NCBI GenBank assembly: GCA_965203325.1
Contig: OZ241875.1
Span: 96,001 to 160,000 of the forward strand
DNA length: 64,000 bases
Direction: 5' to 3'
Source: a bacterium
GTDB taxonomy: Bacteria; UBA8248
Shown here: positions 38,948 through 49,889 of the stretch, in pieces
Layout: every line of letters begins with the position of its first letter
Numbering within the stretch: position 1 is the first letter of the stretch
Position numbers and translations under genes: made by a program
Notes under the pieces: model-generated
Seen by the model: the letters and a program-made list of their open reading frames with translations, nothing else
What the model was told of the DNA's origin: nothing
Database searches by the model: none

Positions 38948-40021
38948 ATGGCCAAGCTCGATATTGAAAATATCTCTCATGCATATGGAATCAAAGAAGT
39001 CATCGAGAATTTGTCTTTGACTGTCGAAGAGGGTCAAGTTGCATGTCTGTTGGGTCCTTCCGGATGCGGCAAGACGACACTGTTGCGTTTGGTGGCAGGA
39101 CTGACTTCGCTGCAAGCTGGAAGAATTCGCCTAGGCGAAATTGTGATATCGGAACCTGCAAGACGAATCGAGATACCGCCGGAAAAGAGAAATGTGGGGT
39201 TCATGTTCCAGGATTATGCCCTTTTCCCTCACCTGGATGTTTTGCAGAACATTACTTTCGGGCTCAATAATCCTTCACCGGAAAAACTGGCTGAAATACA
39301 AAGAGCCATGATCCAGATGGACATCGTAGACTTGACAGATGCTTATCCCCATACCCTGTCAGGCGGCCAGCAGCAGCGCGTTGCTCTACTTCGGGCATTG
39401 GCGCCTCTCCCCCGGCTTTTACTTTTGGATGAACCATTTACCGGACTTGACATCAATCTACGAGTCCAAGTGCGCGAGGATACCCTGAGGTTGATTAAGC
39501 AAATGGGCGTCACCACGTTGATGGTCACGCACGACCCGCAGGAAGCGATGTATATGGCCGACCATATCTTGATCATGCGAGATGGAAAAGTGGAACAAGG
39601 CGGCTCGCCACGTGAAATTTACCAATTTCCCGCTACGGAATTCGCAGCTCGTTTTGTCGGGCAGACAAATATTTTGCACGGCATCGTTTTATCGGCCGGT
39701 TATGATGAGGTGATGACGAGCATTGGACCTGTGCCGTGCCTCTCCATGCGAGACCTTGGATTCGGCACGGATGCCTTTATCTCCATCAGGCCCGAGAGTT
39801 TTGAAATCAACCCGGACGGCCCCTTTGGGGCGAAGGTTTGCGCAATTCGCTATGTGGGACAATCTATCCTTTTGGAAGTCGAAATAATCGATGAAATAGG
39901 CAAAGGACACCGGCTAAAAATGCGCGTGCATCCCAATTTGAGGATAGACGTCGGAGAAGAGATAAGATTTCGTATTATGCCTGATTTCGTAACGGTGATT
40001 GAAGATCCGCTCGATGATTAG
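38948..40021 (+). CDS. Fe3+ ABC transporter ATP-binding protein (FutC/FbpC-like)
   Basis: GPSGCGKTT, FQDYALFPHL, LSGGQQQR, LLDEPF, VTHD; TOBE-like tail. Confidence 0.92.
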   Translation: MAKLDIENISHAYGIKEVIENLSLTVEEGQVACLLGPSGCGKTTLLRLVAGLTSLQAGRIRLGEIVISEPARRIEIPPEKRNVGFMFQDYALFPHLDVLQNITFGLNNPSPEKLAEIQRAMIQMDIVDLTDAYPHTLSGGQQQRVALLRALAPLPRLLLLDEPFTGLDINLRVQVREDTLRLIKQMGVTTLMVTHDPQEAMYMADHILIMRDGKVEQGGSPREIYQFPATEFAARFVGQTNILHGIVLSAGYDEVMTSIGPVPCLSMRDLGFGTDAFISIRPESFEINPDGPFGAKVCAIRYVGQSILLEVEIIDEIGKGHRLKMRVHPNLRIDVGEEIRFRIMPDFVTVIEDPLDD

Positions 40022-41432
40022 TCGCCTTTCTTAAGAGTTCCCCTATCGTACTCACGTTCTCGAGTTCTTCGAGAGCCATCACCATCCCCATCAAATCTCC
40101 TGCTTCTCCAGGCGACAGACTGCGTCGGGCATTGTCCTTGAATTTCGCATACACATCTTCATCCGTGAATGGGTTTTCAGCGCACCCTCTCTGATGTTTT
40201 TCCTCCTCGATAAAAGTGCTTCCATCATCAAGCCGAACTTCAACGACTCCAGGGAAGTACCTCGGAAAATCCTGTGCATCATCCTGGATGTAAGAGACTT
40301 TATCCGCCAAGGTTAGGACCCTGGAGTCTTCTATTGCGCTTTTTTCGAAATCATCTACGCCGCACTGGCTTCTCACAAAAATACTGGCCAGGCAATATGG
40401 CAAAGAGAATTTTGCGTCGTATTCACCTCTGGGTTTTCGTTTTACTTCGATCGGGTCGAGCACCAAGTCAATTGCTCCCTTGGCAGCATGACAAACAATG
40501 CTTTTGATTTTGGTGTGTGATATTTTCTCACGTTCCTTGAGGCGTAGCCCGGCATCCAAAAACGCATGAATCACATGGCCACAAGGATAGGGTTTGAAAC
40601 CAATGGCCAAGGTTTCCCAAGTTTCGCGCAAGCCCCGTGTGAGTGCTTCCACCTCGAATTCATCATCGCCGAGATGGCTCTTGAGCAAGCCGAATCTGCC
40701 CTCGAATACTGTTTGCGGACCGGCGAAATCATTATCTGCAAGAATTGTCGAACAAATACCGCCATGAGCCGCCCAACCGGGATGAAGCGCCTTGACAGGG
40801 CTCCCGTTTTCTAAATATTCAAAGAGCCCTGCAGCCATGCTTCCGCAAATGCCGAGCGCCCAGTTCATCTTTTCAGCACTCAACCCACCCTGAAGTGCAT
40901 AGGCTATAGCGGCGCCAAAAGTGCCGGCAAGGGCCGTCATATGAAAGCCGCGGGCATGAAATTTGCCGGGAGCGACTAACCCGATTCTGATTTCAGATTC
41001 GAACCCGGCCACGCAGGCTCGAATCATATCCTTTCCTGTTTTCTGGAATTCTTCCGCTCCTGCGATAGCCGCCGGCACGACAGGCGCCGCAGTGTGAATG
41101 ATCGATTTAGCGTGTGTGTCGTCAAAATCAAGGGAGTGACCCAGCGCACCGTTCAAAAAAGCAGCGTTAGGCGCGGGCATTCGATTTTTTTCTGCGATTG
41201 CGCTGCAAGGTCCAAAGTCATATGAGAGATTTTGGGAATCCGGAATTTTTCCGGTGATAGCATTCGCCATCACCCGCAAGGGTTTGTCAATTTCCGTGGA
41301 ACAAGCTGCCAGGGCAATCCCCAAAAAATCAAGGATCAATAATTTTGTCTGGTGAACTACCGAGAGAGGTATGTCAGAAAATTCCAAGGCCTGAGAAAAT
41401 TGGCACAATGTTTCACTAGGTGTTGATGACAC
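39975..41432 (-). CDS. MmgE/PrpD family protein
   Basis: AAFLNG...HSLDFDDTH, GFH, K.LHPG, FEGRFG, FKPYPCG, AKFSLPY, RG..ENP. Confidence 0.92.
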   Translation of the reverse strand: MSSTPSETLCQFSQALEFSDIPLSVVHQTKLLILDFLGIALAACSTEIDKPLRVMANAITGKIPDSQNLSYDFGPCSAIAEKNRMPAPNAAFLNGALGHSLDFDDTHAKSIIHTAAPVVPAAIAGAEEFQKTGKDMIRACVAGFESEIRIGLVAPGKFHARGFHMTALAGTFGAAIAYALQGGLSAEKMNWALGICGSMAAGLFEYLENGSPVKALHPGWAAHGGICSTILADNDFAGPQTVFEGRFGLLKSHLGDDEFEVEALTRGLRETWETLAIGFKPYPCGHVIHAFLDAGLRLKEREKISHTKIKSIVCHAAKGAIDLVLDPIEVKRKPRGEYDAKFSLPYCLASIFVRSQCGVDDFEKSAIEDSRVLTLADKVSYIQDDAQDFPRYFPGVVEVRLDDGSTFIEEEKHQRGCAENPFTDEDVYAKFKDNARRSLSPGEAGDLMGMVMALEELENVSTIGELLRKATNHRADLQSPLRNQA

Positions 41433-42450
41433 GTGATTTCACTCCTTGCTGAACTTTCGGAAAAACTTCCTCGGCCATCATCTGCATCGTTTCCAAAACG
41501 AGAGATTGAGGCATCCCCGGCCATTGAATGCTTATAATGAGGTGATTGATACCGAGAGCCGCCAGTTCCAATATGCTTTCTGCCACTTCGTCCGGCGAGC
41601 CTAGGATGAATCTGTCCTCCAATAAATCATCAAACTGCTGCCCCAGATCGTCATCTCCTTTTGGCATGGCCTTGTCTTGGCCCCAACGGTGGTATTCACG
41701 ATATTTGATCTCTAGATAGGGTTTGCTGAGCCGAATGGCTTCTGAGCGATCTTTAGCGACGAACACTTCGCGGCGCATCGGGAATTCATTTGGAAAAGGT
41801 TTGCCGAGTTCATCGAGTGTCTGGCGGTAAAGTTCTATTTGGCGTTTTGTCGTATCAAGGCGATTGTGCGGATTCACGTAATAACAATCACCCAATCTGG
41901 CTGCGCGCCTTATGCCCGCGTCGCTGTTGGCTCCAATCCAAATGGGAGGGTGTGGCTTCTGAATGGGCTTGAGAGGGCACGATGCTTCGATGAGCTCGAA
42001 GTGAGAACCTTTCATCGACACTTTTTCTTCTGACCAAAGTCGCTTGACGGCTTCGAGGTTTTCCTCAAGACGCTTTACCCTCTCCTTTTGCGTTGTGCCG
42101 AATCCCCTGAATTCCACTTCACGGTAGCCGAGCCCAGCGCCGAATATGAGCTTCCCGTTAGACATCACGTCAATGGTTGCTAACTGCTCAGCGATATCCA
42201 TCGGCTTGTGTAGAGATAGGAGTACAATACCGGCATTGAGACGCAGCTTCGGAGCTTCCGCGTTTATTCGAGCGAGAAAAGGCAATTGCTGGAAATCCTG
42301 TAGTGGATAAGCGCTATAGTGATTTCCTTTGGTGACCGACACGAACCCTAAGTCTTGAGCTCTTCTTGCTTGTTCCATCAATTCACGAAAACGAGATTGC
42401 ATATCGTCTTCCAAGGTGAATTGACCTCTAAGCATGATGCCGAATTGCAT
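41416..42450 (-). CDS. Luciferase-like (LLM) flavin-dependent oxidoreductase
   Basis: AEQLATIDVMS.GK.IFG.GLGYR..EF, P.Q.PHPPIWIG...AARLGD, GSPDEV. Confidence 0.9.
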   Translation of the reverse strand: MQFGIMLRGQFTLEDDMQSRFRELMEQARRAQDLGFVSVTKGNHYSAYPLQDFQQLPFLARINAEAPKLRLNAGIVLLSLHKPMDIAEQLATIDVMSNGKLIFGAGLGYREVEFRGFGTTQKERVKRLEENLEAVKRLWSEEKVSMKGSHFELIEASCPLKPIQKPHPPIWIGANSDAGIRRAARLGDCYYVNPHNRLDTTKRQIELYRQTLDELGKPFPNEFPMRREVFVAKDRSEAIRLSKPYLEIKYREYHRWGQDKAMPKGDDDLGQQFDDLLEDRFILGSPDEVAESILELAALGINHLIISIQWPGMPQSLVLETMQMMAEEVFPKVQQGVKSRVINT

Positions 42451-42566
42451 TTTTATACCTCTTAGATAAAGAGAAAAGTATCATTTCGAATTGGGTCGCC
42501 AGATACGCACAGACACAAGCATGGGTATATTGTTGCAGGATGTCATTCCAAAGATGTTCGGTGTTA

Positions 42567-45386
42567 TTATCTTCCGCAGCAAAACTTGTATTTTTTGCCG
42601 CTACCGCAAGGACAAGGTTCATTACGGCCAACCTTGGGGGTAGCTCGTCTTACAGGCGTGGATGTCTGTATCGCCTCGCCGGCGGGAGCATCTCCAAATC
42701 CCGAAGCGTCCGCATGGGAAAACACCATTTCTTGTTCATGGCGTGATTCTTCCAAGGCGACATCCTCATCCGAAATATCAAGGCGATACATATAGAGTAC
42801 CGTCTCTGCCTCGATTCTTTCTGTCATTGTTCCGAACATGTCGAAAGCTTCTTTCTTGTATTCGTTCAAGGGGTTTACCTGTGCATAGCCCCTCAGCCCA
42901 ATTCCCTCTTTGAGTTGTTCTATGTTGGTCAGATGATCCTTCCACTGGGTATCCAAGATTTGGATATAGATGAGTTTGGAGAGTTCCAGGACAGTTTCAG
43001 GAGCAAAGTCGCGGTATTTATCCTCAAAAACGTTTTGCACGAGATTGTCGACTCTTTGAACGAGTTCATCTCTTAATTCCTCTTCGATATCTACCACCAT
43101 GGGTTCGGAGGTTGAGAAAATGACTTTTTGTCCCTCCACTGTCGCGTGGATACCATATTGACTCTCAACCGCGCCCGCGAAAGCCTCCAAATCCCAATCT
43201 TCAAAATGTTCTGATTCCGGTAAATGCAAATCAACAATGGAATCAAGAATGCCAGATGCAAACTCTCTGATTCGCTCGAGTACATCGGTACCTTCTAAAA
43301 TTTCTCGACGCATCGAATAGATAACCTCGCGTTGCTTATTCATCACGTCATCATATTCGAGAAGATGTTTTCTCATTTCGAAGTGATGCGCCTCGACACG
43401 TTTCTGAGCGTTCTCGATGGCACGCGTCACCATCCTTGCTTCTATGGGCACTCCTTCCTCCATGCCCAACTTTTCCATCAGGCCCTTGATTCTGTCGGAA
43501 CCGAAAATACGCAACAAATCATCTTCAAGGGAAAGGAAAAATCGCGAACTCCCTGGGTCTCCTTGCCTGCCCGATCGGCCACGGAGCTGGTTGTCAATGC
43601 GACGGCTTTCATGGCGTTCGGTACCCAACACATGAAGGCCCCCTTGCTTGACCACTTCGTCATGCTCAGCTTGGCAAGATATCCGAAAATCCTTCAAAGC
43701 CTCTTCATACTCAGGGCCTTCATTCGTATTCGTTTTGGAAGAAGCGAGAAACTCAGGATTGCCGCCAAGGAGGATATCCGTTCCACGACCAGCCATATTC
43801 GTGGAAATGGTGACAGCTCCCTTGCGTCCTGCCTGTGCGATGATTTCTGCTTCTTTGCTGTGGTTTTTTGCGTTGAGCACGTGATGTGGAATACGTCTTC
43901 TTTTAAGAATCGAGGCGAGTCTTTCGCTTTTTTCTATGTTTATTGTACCTACTAATACCGGTTGCCCTCTCTGATGGCATTCAAGTATCTCATCCACAAC
44001 GGCATCTATCTTTTCTCGCTCAGAGCGGTACACCACGTCGGGATATTCGGTTCGAATCAGTTCGCGATTCGTCGGCACTACAGCTACATCTATTTTGTAG
44101 GTAGAATTGAATTCTGCTGCTTCGGTATCCGCTGTGCCGGTCATGCCGGCCAATTTGTTGTAAAGCCTGAAATAATTTTGAAATGTGATGGTCGCCAAAG
44201 TCACATTTTCTTCCTGAATCTTGACACCCTCTTTCGCCTCTAGTGCCTGGTGGAGGCCATCACTAAAACGTCGGCCTGGCATCATACGCCCCGTGAACTC
44301 ATCGACTATGACAACCTCGTTGTCCTTCACAACATAATCGATATCTTTGGTGAACAGTACGTGCGCCTTTAGGGCCTGTTCCACATGGTGCAGCACCGTA
44401 ATGCTGTTCATATCATACAAACTTTGGTCATTTGCCATGATGCCGGAGCGGCGGAGAAGTTTTTCGGCCTCATGCCCACCCGCTTCTTTCAGGTTTACCG
44501 TCCGACTTTTTTCATCAACAATTAGATGTTCGTATTTCTTCTTGCTAATGACATCTTTGCCGCCCTCGACATACCCATCGTCTTCTTCCTCGCTGTCTAT
44601 CTCGACAACGCCTTGTTGCTCTTTGAGCAGGGGGCGTATGACGCGGTTTATAACGCCATACAGCCGCGTGGCTTCATCCGCCGGCCCACTGATGATGAGA
44701 GGAGTCCTGGCTTCATCGATCAATATGCTGTCGACTTCATCCACGATGGCGTAATTTAATTCACCCATGACGCGAGTGCCGGGCTCGAATTTCATGTTGT
44801 CTCTCAAATAATCGAACCCGAACTCGTTATTGGTGCCATATGTAATGTCGCAGGCATATGCGCGGCGACGCGCGTCATCATCCATGCCATGTTGAATACA
44901 CCCGACAGTAAGACCCAGCGCCCTGAAGAGACGGCCCATCCATTCAGAATCACGACTCGCAAGATAATCATTCACGGTAACGATGTGCACACCCTTGCCC
45001 TCTAAGGCATTCAAATAGGCCGCAAGAGTAGCGACGAGGGTTTTGCCTTCCCCGGTTTTCATCTCGGCGATTTTTCCGCCGTGCAGAATAGTGCCTCCGA
45101 TGAGTTGAACGTCAAAATGACGCATTTGAAGATGACGCCAGCCCGCTTCTCGCACCAAAGCGAATGCTTCCGGCAAAATGTCATCCAATGTTTCATCGGC
45201 GGTGAGCCGCTCTTTGAAGCGCTTTGTCTCCTCGCGCATCTGTGCATCGGTCATCTCTTTCACGCGGGATTCATGAGAACTGATCTCCGCGACCACCGGG
45301 TGCATTTTCTTGAGCAGACGGTCATTCGCCGTCCCGAAAACAGATTTGAACATCGATTTGCTTGATTCAAGAACCGAGCCTATCAT
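42567..45386 (-). CDS. secA: Preprotein translocase subunit SecA
   Basis: [70 protein letters not shown]-terminal [12 protein letters not shown]. Confidence 0.99.
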   Translation of the reverse strand: MIGSVLESSKSMFKSVFGTANDRLLKKMHPVVAEISSHESRVKEMTDAQMREETKRFKERLTADETLDDILPEAFALVREAGWRHLQMRHFDVQLIGGTILHGGKIAEMKTGEGKTLVATLAAYLNALEGKGVHIVTVNDYLASRDSEWMGRLFRALGLTVGCIQHGMDDDARRRAYACDITYGTNNEFGFDYLRDNMKFEPGTRVMGELNYAIVDEVDSILIDEARTPLIISGPADEATRLYGVINRVIRPLLKEQQGVVEIDSEEEDDGYVEGGKDVISKKKYEHLIVDEKSRTVNLKEAGGHEAEKLLRRSGIMANDQSLYDMNSITVLHHVEQALKAHVLFTKDIDYVVKDNEVVIVDEFTGRMMPGRRFSDGLHQALEAKEGVKIQEENVTLATITFQNYFRLYNKLAGMTGTADTEAAEFNSTYKIDVAVVPTNRELIRTEYPDVVYRSEREKIDAVVDEILECHQRGQPVLVGTINIEKSERLASILKRRRIPHHVLNAKNHSKEAEIIAQAGRKGAVTISTNMAGRGTDILLGGNPEFLASSKTNTNEGPEYEEALKDFRISCQAEHDEVVKQGGLHVLGTERHESRRIDNQLRGRSGRQGDPGSSRFFLSLEDDLLRIFGSDRIKGLMEKLGMEEGVPIEARMVTRAIENAQKRVEAHHFEMRKHLLEYDDVMNKQREVIYSMRREILEGTDVLERIREFASGILDSIVDLHLPESEHFEDWDLEAFAGAVESQYGIHATVEGQKVIFSTSEPMVVDIEEELRDELVQRVDNLVQNVFEDKYRDFAPETVLELSKLIYIQILDTQWKDHLTNIEQLKEGIGLRGYAQVNPLNEYKKEAFDMFGTMTERIEAETVLYMYRLDISDEDVALEESRHEQEMVFSHADASGFGDAPAGEAIQTSTPVRRATPKVGRNEPCPCGSGKKYKFCCGR

Positions 45387-45496
45387 TCATCACTCCATGG
45401 GGTTCATGCGTACGGACGCCTTTGATGCAAACATAGACTACCATGGTGTCTTGGGGAGAAAAAGCGTGTGCGTCAGGCGGGATGATGGCTATTTAT

Positions 45497-46402
45497 TTAC
45501 TCTACGATATATAATCTGGGGTTGACTGCGACTCCGTTTATCCTAACTTCATAGTGAAGATGTGGCCCGGTAGATCTTCCAGTGGAACCAACTTTGGCAA
45601 TAATGTCACCTCTTTTTACACGTTGGCCGACTTTCACCAAATTCACGCTATTATGAGCAAATGTTGTAACAATACCCTGCATGTGCTGGATTCGAACAGT
45701 TTTCCCAAACCCTCCTATTCTTTTGGTGCTAATGACGACACCATCCGCCGGGGCGAATATGGGGGTTCCTATCCTTGCGACGACATCAATTCCAGCATGA
45801 AATTCTCGCCGATTCGTAAACGGGGAGCGCCTGTAACCGAAGCTAGACGAGAGCCAACCCTTAACAGGCCATATAGAGGGTGTGTGAGCGAGCAATACAC
45901 TTTTGTCGCGGAACGTTCTCAATAAGTCTTTGAACGCACTTTCTTGCTCAGTAGCGCGCTTTTCGATGTCTTGGAATTGACGATTTAATCTCCGAATAAA
46001 CCTTTGTTCAGACGGGGTGAGTTTCTCCAGGTCTTCGGGCAGCGCGTCTTTTGAGACACCTCCTACACCCAAGTCGTCTTTTTGTTTGCCCGGTTTCAGT
46101 GAGGCCATGATTCGAAGTTGGTCTTCAAGTTGCTTGAGTTGTATCAGGTTGTCGTCTAGGGATTGGAGCTTGACGTTGAATTTTTCGAGAAGCTCCTTTT
46201 GTGTTTGGTTTTGCTTTTCCAGAGGGGGGAGTTTAGCTAAATGCTTTGCTGTGTGAATCCTCTCTTGTGCAAGGTAAAGCGTCGTTCCAACGAGAGAACA
46301 AAAACCAAAGAGCAATAAGATTAGCATTCCCCTGGTGATACTAACCCGTCGGGTACCGCTGGAATTGCTCGGTATCACTATAATGGTGTACTTCTTACCC
46401 AT
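45497..46402 (-). CDS. M23 peptidase with coiled-coil N-terminal region
   Basis: TPSIWPV.G..SS.FG.R.SPF, HAGID, GSTGRSTGPHLHYEV; adjacent to secA; start ATG 46402 after GGAGG. Confidence 0.92.
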   Translation of the reverse strand: MGKKYTIIVIPSNSSGTRRVSITRGMLILLLFGFCSLVGTTLYLAQERIHTAKHLAKLPPLEKQNQTQKELLEKFNVKLQSLDDNLIQLKQLEDQLRIMASLKPGKQKDDLGVGGVSKDALPEDLEKLTPSEQRFIRRLNRQFQDIEKRATEQESAFKDLLRTFRDKSVLLAHTPSIWPVKGWLSSSFGYRRSPFTNRREFHAGIDVVARIGTPIFAPADGVVISTKRIGGFGKTVRIQHMQGIVTTFAHNSVNLVKVGQRVKRGDIIAKVGSTGRSTGPHLHYEVRINGVAVNPRLYIVE

Positions 46403-46566
46403 GGGGTACACCTCCCAGGAACTTGCTAAAATGTTTATTTTGCAAATGGAAGCAAGTGTTTCCCCAGTCACTCACTCATAGTAGATAAAACAAATTATCA
46501 AGGCTGCGGAGACAAGTCAAACTAATATTTGGAACGATAAGCAGTTGTATTTACAGAAATCCCTAT

Positions 46567-47397
46567 TCAACGCATTACAGCTCCCGAGTCGACCAGAATA
46601 GCTTGACCGGTAATAGTTTTCGCATCATCGCTCGCTAAAAAGGCGACCGCACGTCCAATATCTTCAGTCGATTGCTCAATTCCCATAGGTGTTTGTTCAA
46701 CAAAATAGTCGAAAACTTCTCTGGCAGTTTTTCCTTTGAAATTTGGGAATTTTTTTCTGAACTGAGTGGCCAACTGTTCCCACATCGCGCTCCAGATTAG
46801 ACCTGGACAAACTGCGTTCACTGTAATGCCTGAGCGAGCTACTTCCCGCGCAAGTGCCTGGGTGAAAATAATTACCGCCGCTTTGCTCGCGCTGTAATGA
46901 GGTATGGTTTCGCGGCCATCACGTCCGGCACGCGAGGAGATATTGATGATACGCCCCCAACCTTTCCCTTTCATCTTTTCAAGCGATGCTTGACACAGCA
47001 AAAAGACACCCTTGACGTTGACGTTGTACGTGTCGTCCCAATCATCTTCATTGATGTCGGATAGAGGCATACCTAGCTTGAAATCCGCCCCGCCAATGAC
47101 GCCGGCATTGTTGACCACAATGTCCAAGCTGCTGAATTTCTTGTTGATCGCATCTACGATGTCTTCGCATTGACTCTTGTCCGTTACATCAAGTGTATAG
47201 GGAATGGCGTTAACATCGAATTTTCCCATTTCTTCCGCAGCCACCTCAGCACCGGATTTGGAGATGTCGGCCAATGCCAAATGGACACCCTCTTCTGCCA
47301 AGCATCGAGCGATGCCGCGACCTATTCCACCTCCAGCGCCGGTGATGAGCGCCACCTTGCCTTTAAGACCGCGTTCTCTTACCGCTGGGGAAGACAT
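46567..47397 (-). CDS. Short-chain dehydrogenase/reductase
   Basis: TGAGGGIG, NNAG, NISS, YSASK, VNAVCPG. Confidence 0.93.
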   Translation of the reverse strand: MSSPAVRERGLKGKVALITGAGGGIGRGIARCLAEEGVHLALADISKSGAEVAAEEMGKFDVNAIPYTLDVTDKSQCEDIVDAINKKFSSLDIVVNNAGVIGGADFKLGMPLSDINEDDWDDTYNVNVKGVFLLCQASLEKMKGKGWGRIINISSRAGRDGRETIPHYSASKAAVIIFTQALAREVARSGITVNAVCPGLIWSAMWEQLATQFRKKFPNFKGKTAREVFDYFVEQTPMGIEQSTEDIGRAVAFLASDDAKTITGQAILVDSGAVMR

Positions 47398-47400
47398 CGC

Positions 47401-47799
47401 TTATTTTCCATACCCTGTCATGGCCCCTCCTGCTTCTAACCAATCCTCAAATACCTGAAGGCTTTCTAAAACAGCGGGGACGCCGCTGTATGGCGACATC
47501 TGAAAAATCACCTCCATGATTTCTTCATCCGTTGCACCGTAACTTCGCGCGGCCGTGAAATGGGAGCGCATCTGGTTGAATCGTCCCGTGACACATAAAG
47601 CAGCGAGTGCGCAAAACTCTCTGGTCTTGTGCGGAAGAACATCGCGATCATACAGCCCCCCGTGAACGAATCGCTGGAACAACATGGAGAAATCAGGATC
47701 GAGTTTGTTCAGTCTGCCAAACAGTTTTTCCGTGTAACCTTCTCCGTATTGCGTATCCCCGCGCCGAATCGCCGGTGGATAAAATTCTTCGGTCATCAA
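47401..47799 (-). CDS. Carboxymuconolactone decarboxylase (CMD/AhpD-like) family protein
   Basis: G.LY.R..L..K.RE....AAL, H...A...GAT..EI.E...Q...Y.G.PA. Confidence 0.85.
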   Translation of the reverse strand: MMTEEFYPPAIRRGDTQYGEGYTEKLFGRLNKLDPDFSMLFQRFVHGGLYDRDVLPHKTREFCALAALCVTGRFNQMRSHFTAARSYGATDEEIMEVIFQMSPYSGVPAVLESLQVFEDWLEAGGAMTGYGK

Positions 47800-47831
47800 T
47801 CATTCTCCCCAGATGTAATGCTCAAAATCCG

Positions 47832-48764
47832 CTAGTCTGCTTTTATAATTTCGTTGCGCAAACGACCCAGCCCGCCGATTTCCACTTCCACCACATCACC
47901 CGGCGTTAGAAACGAGGGTGTTTCTCGAGCGTATCCCACACCCGAAGGCGTACCCGTCAAAAAGATATCGCCCGGCTCCAGGGTGAAACCTTCTGAAAGT
48001 ACCGAGATCATCGACGGAATATCGTGGATCATCATGTTCGTGTTCGAATCCTGGCGTGCTTCGCCATTCACCCAGCTTTTTACGGTTTGGTTCATCGGGT
48101 CGCCATAGTCCTCTTTGGGAACAATGTATGGTCCAAGCGGACATGTTCCATCAAGGGTCTTGCCCTTGAAAATCTGCTTATGGCGCCTTTGAATATCTCT
48201 CGCGGAGATGTCGTTGGCGCAGCAATAGCCGAAGACGTGTTCATAAACTTCATCCTTGGGGATATTTCTCCCTTTTTTGCCGATGATGACGGCGATTTCA
48301 GCTTCGTAATCTAGCTTTTCCGTCACCCGGTGCGCGGGTATGCCCTCATTGTGTCCGATGAGGGTGCTCTGGGCCTTGGTGAAGAATATGGGGTGGTCGA
48401 GCTCGACCCTTGTCGTTTGCACATCCTTTGCCTGTAATCCCTCGTTTACATGGTCCTGGTAGTTGAGCCCCATGCAAAGAACATGCTTGGGCGGATGGGG
48501 AATCGGGGATATGTGGTGCACATCTTCGGGCGCCATGAGGACGGGAGCTAAATCTTTCTCGTTTTCCTCCGCCCGTGCGACCAACTCATGAAGCGCAGGT
48601 CCATGAGTTTCCCAAGAATTTATGAGTTCAATCATACTGCCGAATGCGAGTTCTTTCTTTCCCAGAATCCCGGCCAGACGCGACAGGTGAGCGATTTTCC
48701 CCCCGACATACACGCCGACTCTCTCAAGCCCTCTGTAATTGTAAGACAACAGTTTCATTCGCAT
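47832..48764 (-). CDS. Fumarylacetoacetate hydrolase family protein
   Basis: C.GLNY..H, P..FTK, DYEAE.A, NDISARD.Q, GKTLD, L.PGD...TGTP.GVG. Confidence 0.93.
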   Translation of the reverse strand: MRMKLLSYNYRGLERVGVYVGGKIAHLSRLAGILGKKELAFGSMIELINSWETHGPALHELVARAEENEKDLAPVLMAPEDVHHISPIPHPPKHVLCMGLNYQDHVNEGLQAKDVQTTRVELDHPIFFTKAQSTLIGHNEGIPAHRVTEKLDYEAEIAVIIGKKGRNIPKDEVYEHVFGYCCANDISARDIQRRHKQIFKGKTLDGTCPLGPYIVPKEDYGDPMNQTVKSWVNGEARQDSNTNMMIHDIPSMISVLSEGFTLEPGDIFLTGTPSGVGYARETPSFLTPGDVVEVEIGGLGRLRNEIIKAD

Positions 48765-48790
48765 CTCCTAGTGAAAAGATTCGCGGATAT

Positions 48791-49879
48791 TCAGGAAACT
48801 TTGTAGCGTTCGAGCGCATCCGGCGTAAATTCCACGCCGTGACCGGGCGCGTCTGGGACATTGATACACCCGTCGCGCACCGTGAAGTCTTGCGTGAAAT
48901 CATCGGGAGAGAAAAATTCCATGTATTCGACCATATAGCCCCGGGGCGTCGCGCCCACGAGGCTCACCGACAATTCATGGGCCAGATGACTGCTCAGGGA
49001 AATGTTGAAGGCATCGGCCAGATGCGCAACTTTGATGAATTCCGTCACCCCGCCGCAGCGGCAAACATCGGGTTGTAAAAAGCCCACCGCGCGGCGCTCG
49101 CATATCTCCCGGAACCCCCAGCGCATGTAGGCGTTCTCGCCCGCTGCCGTGGGCACCATGCTCTTCTCCGCCACCTCCGCGAGGTCATCGACGCAATCGG
49201 CCAGTACGGGCTCTTCGAACCAGGCAACGCCGTATTCCGCCAGCATTGACGAAACTTCGACAGCCTCGCGCACGTTGTAGTTCTGGTTCGCATCGCAAAA
49301 GAGAATGAAATCCTCTCCCACATTCTTCCGGAGGTATTCGAGCCGCTCTGCGTCGCGCGGCGTGCCGATTTTAAGTTTGTAGCCGCTCATCCCGAGCGAG
49401 GCGGCCTCCTGGGCTTCTTCAAGCAGTTCCGAATCCGGGAGCGTATGCCAGCCCCCGCTCCCGTAGACCGGCATTTTCTGGCGAAATCCGCCCAGCAGGC
49501 GATTGAGCGGCAGGCCGGCGACTTTCGCCACGATGTCCCAGCAGGCGATGTCCACGGCGGAGAGGGAGTACAAGCCCAATCCGCCGCGCATCCTCGCCTT
49601 GTTCGGCGCCCACATGCGATTCCAGAGCGCCTCGGGGGCCAGTGCGTCCTGCCCGATTGCCAATGGCGCCAATTCGTTTTCGATGTAGGGCAGCATGGCG
49701 GCGCCGCCCTCACCTCCCAGGCCCATCGTGAAACCCGTGCCGCTCGGGCCGCCTTCGGTATGCAGGTGCACCACGACGACGTCGAGATGCGTATAGGCGC
49801 CGAGCGAACTCTGAAATGTTTTCTTGAGGGGTACCTTGAGTGGCACCGCCTCGAGTGAGCGTATGGCCAATTTTGTCAT
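48791..49879 (-). CDS. Mandelate racemase/muconate lactonizing enzyme family (probable acid-sugar dehydratase)
   Basis: SAVDIA.WD, KLK, DANQ, WFEEP, AGEN, QPD..RCGG, SH. Confidence 0.9.
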   Translation of the reverse strand: MTKLAIRSLEAVPLKVPLKKTFQSSLGAYTHLDVVVVHLHTEGGPSGTGFTMGLGGEGGAAMLPYIENELAPLAIGQDALAPEALWNRMWAPNKARMRGGLGLYSLSAVDIACWDIVAKVAGLPLNRLLGGFRQKMPVYGSGGWHTLPDSELLEEAQEAASLGMSGYKLKIGTPRDAERLEYLRKNVGEDFILFCDANQNYNVREAVEVSSMLAEYGVAWFEEPVLADCVDDLAEVAEKSMVPTAAGENAYMRWGFREICERRAVGFLQPDVCRCGGVTEFIKVAHLADAFNISLSSHLAHELSVSLVGATPRGYMVEYMEFFSPDDFTQDFTVRDGCINVPDAPGHGVEFTPDALERYKVS

Positions 49880-49889
49880 TTCGTCTCCG

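Noticed and set aside
39975..40021. 47-bp tail-to-tail overlap of the ABC ATPase and MmgE/PrpD genes
   Set aside because: Short convergent overlaps are common and both proteins look complete
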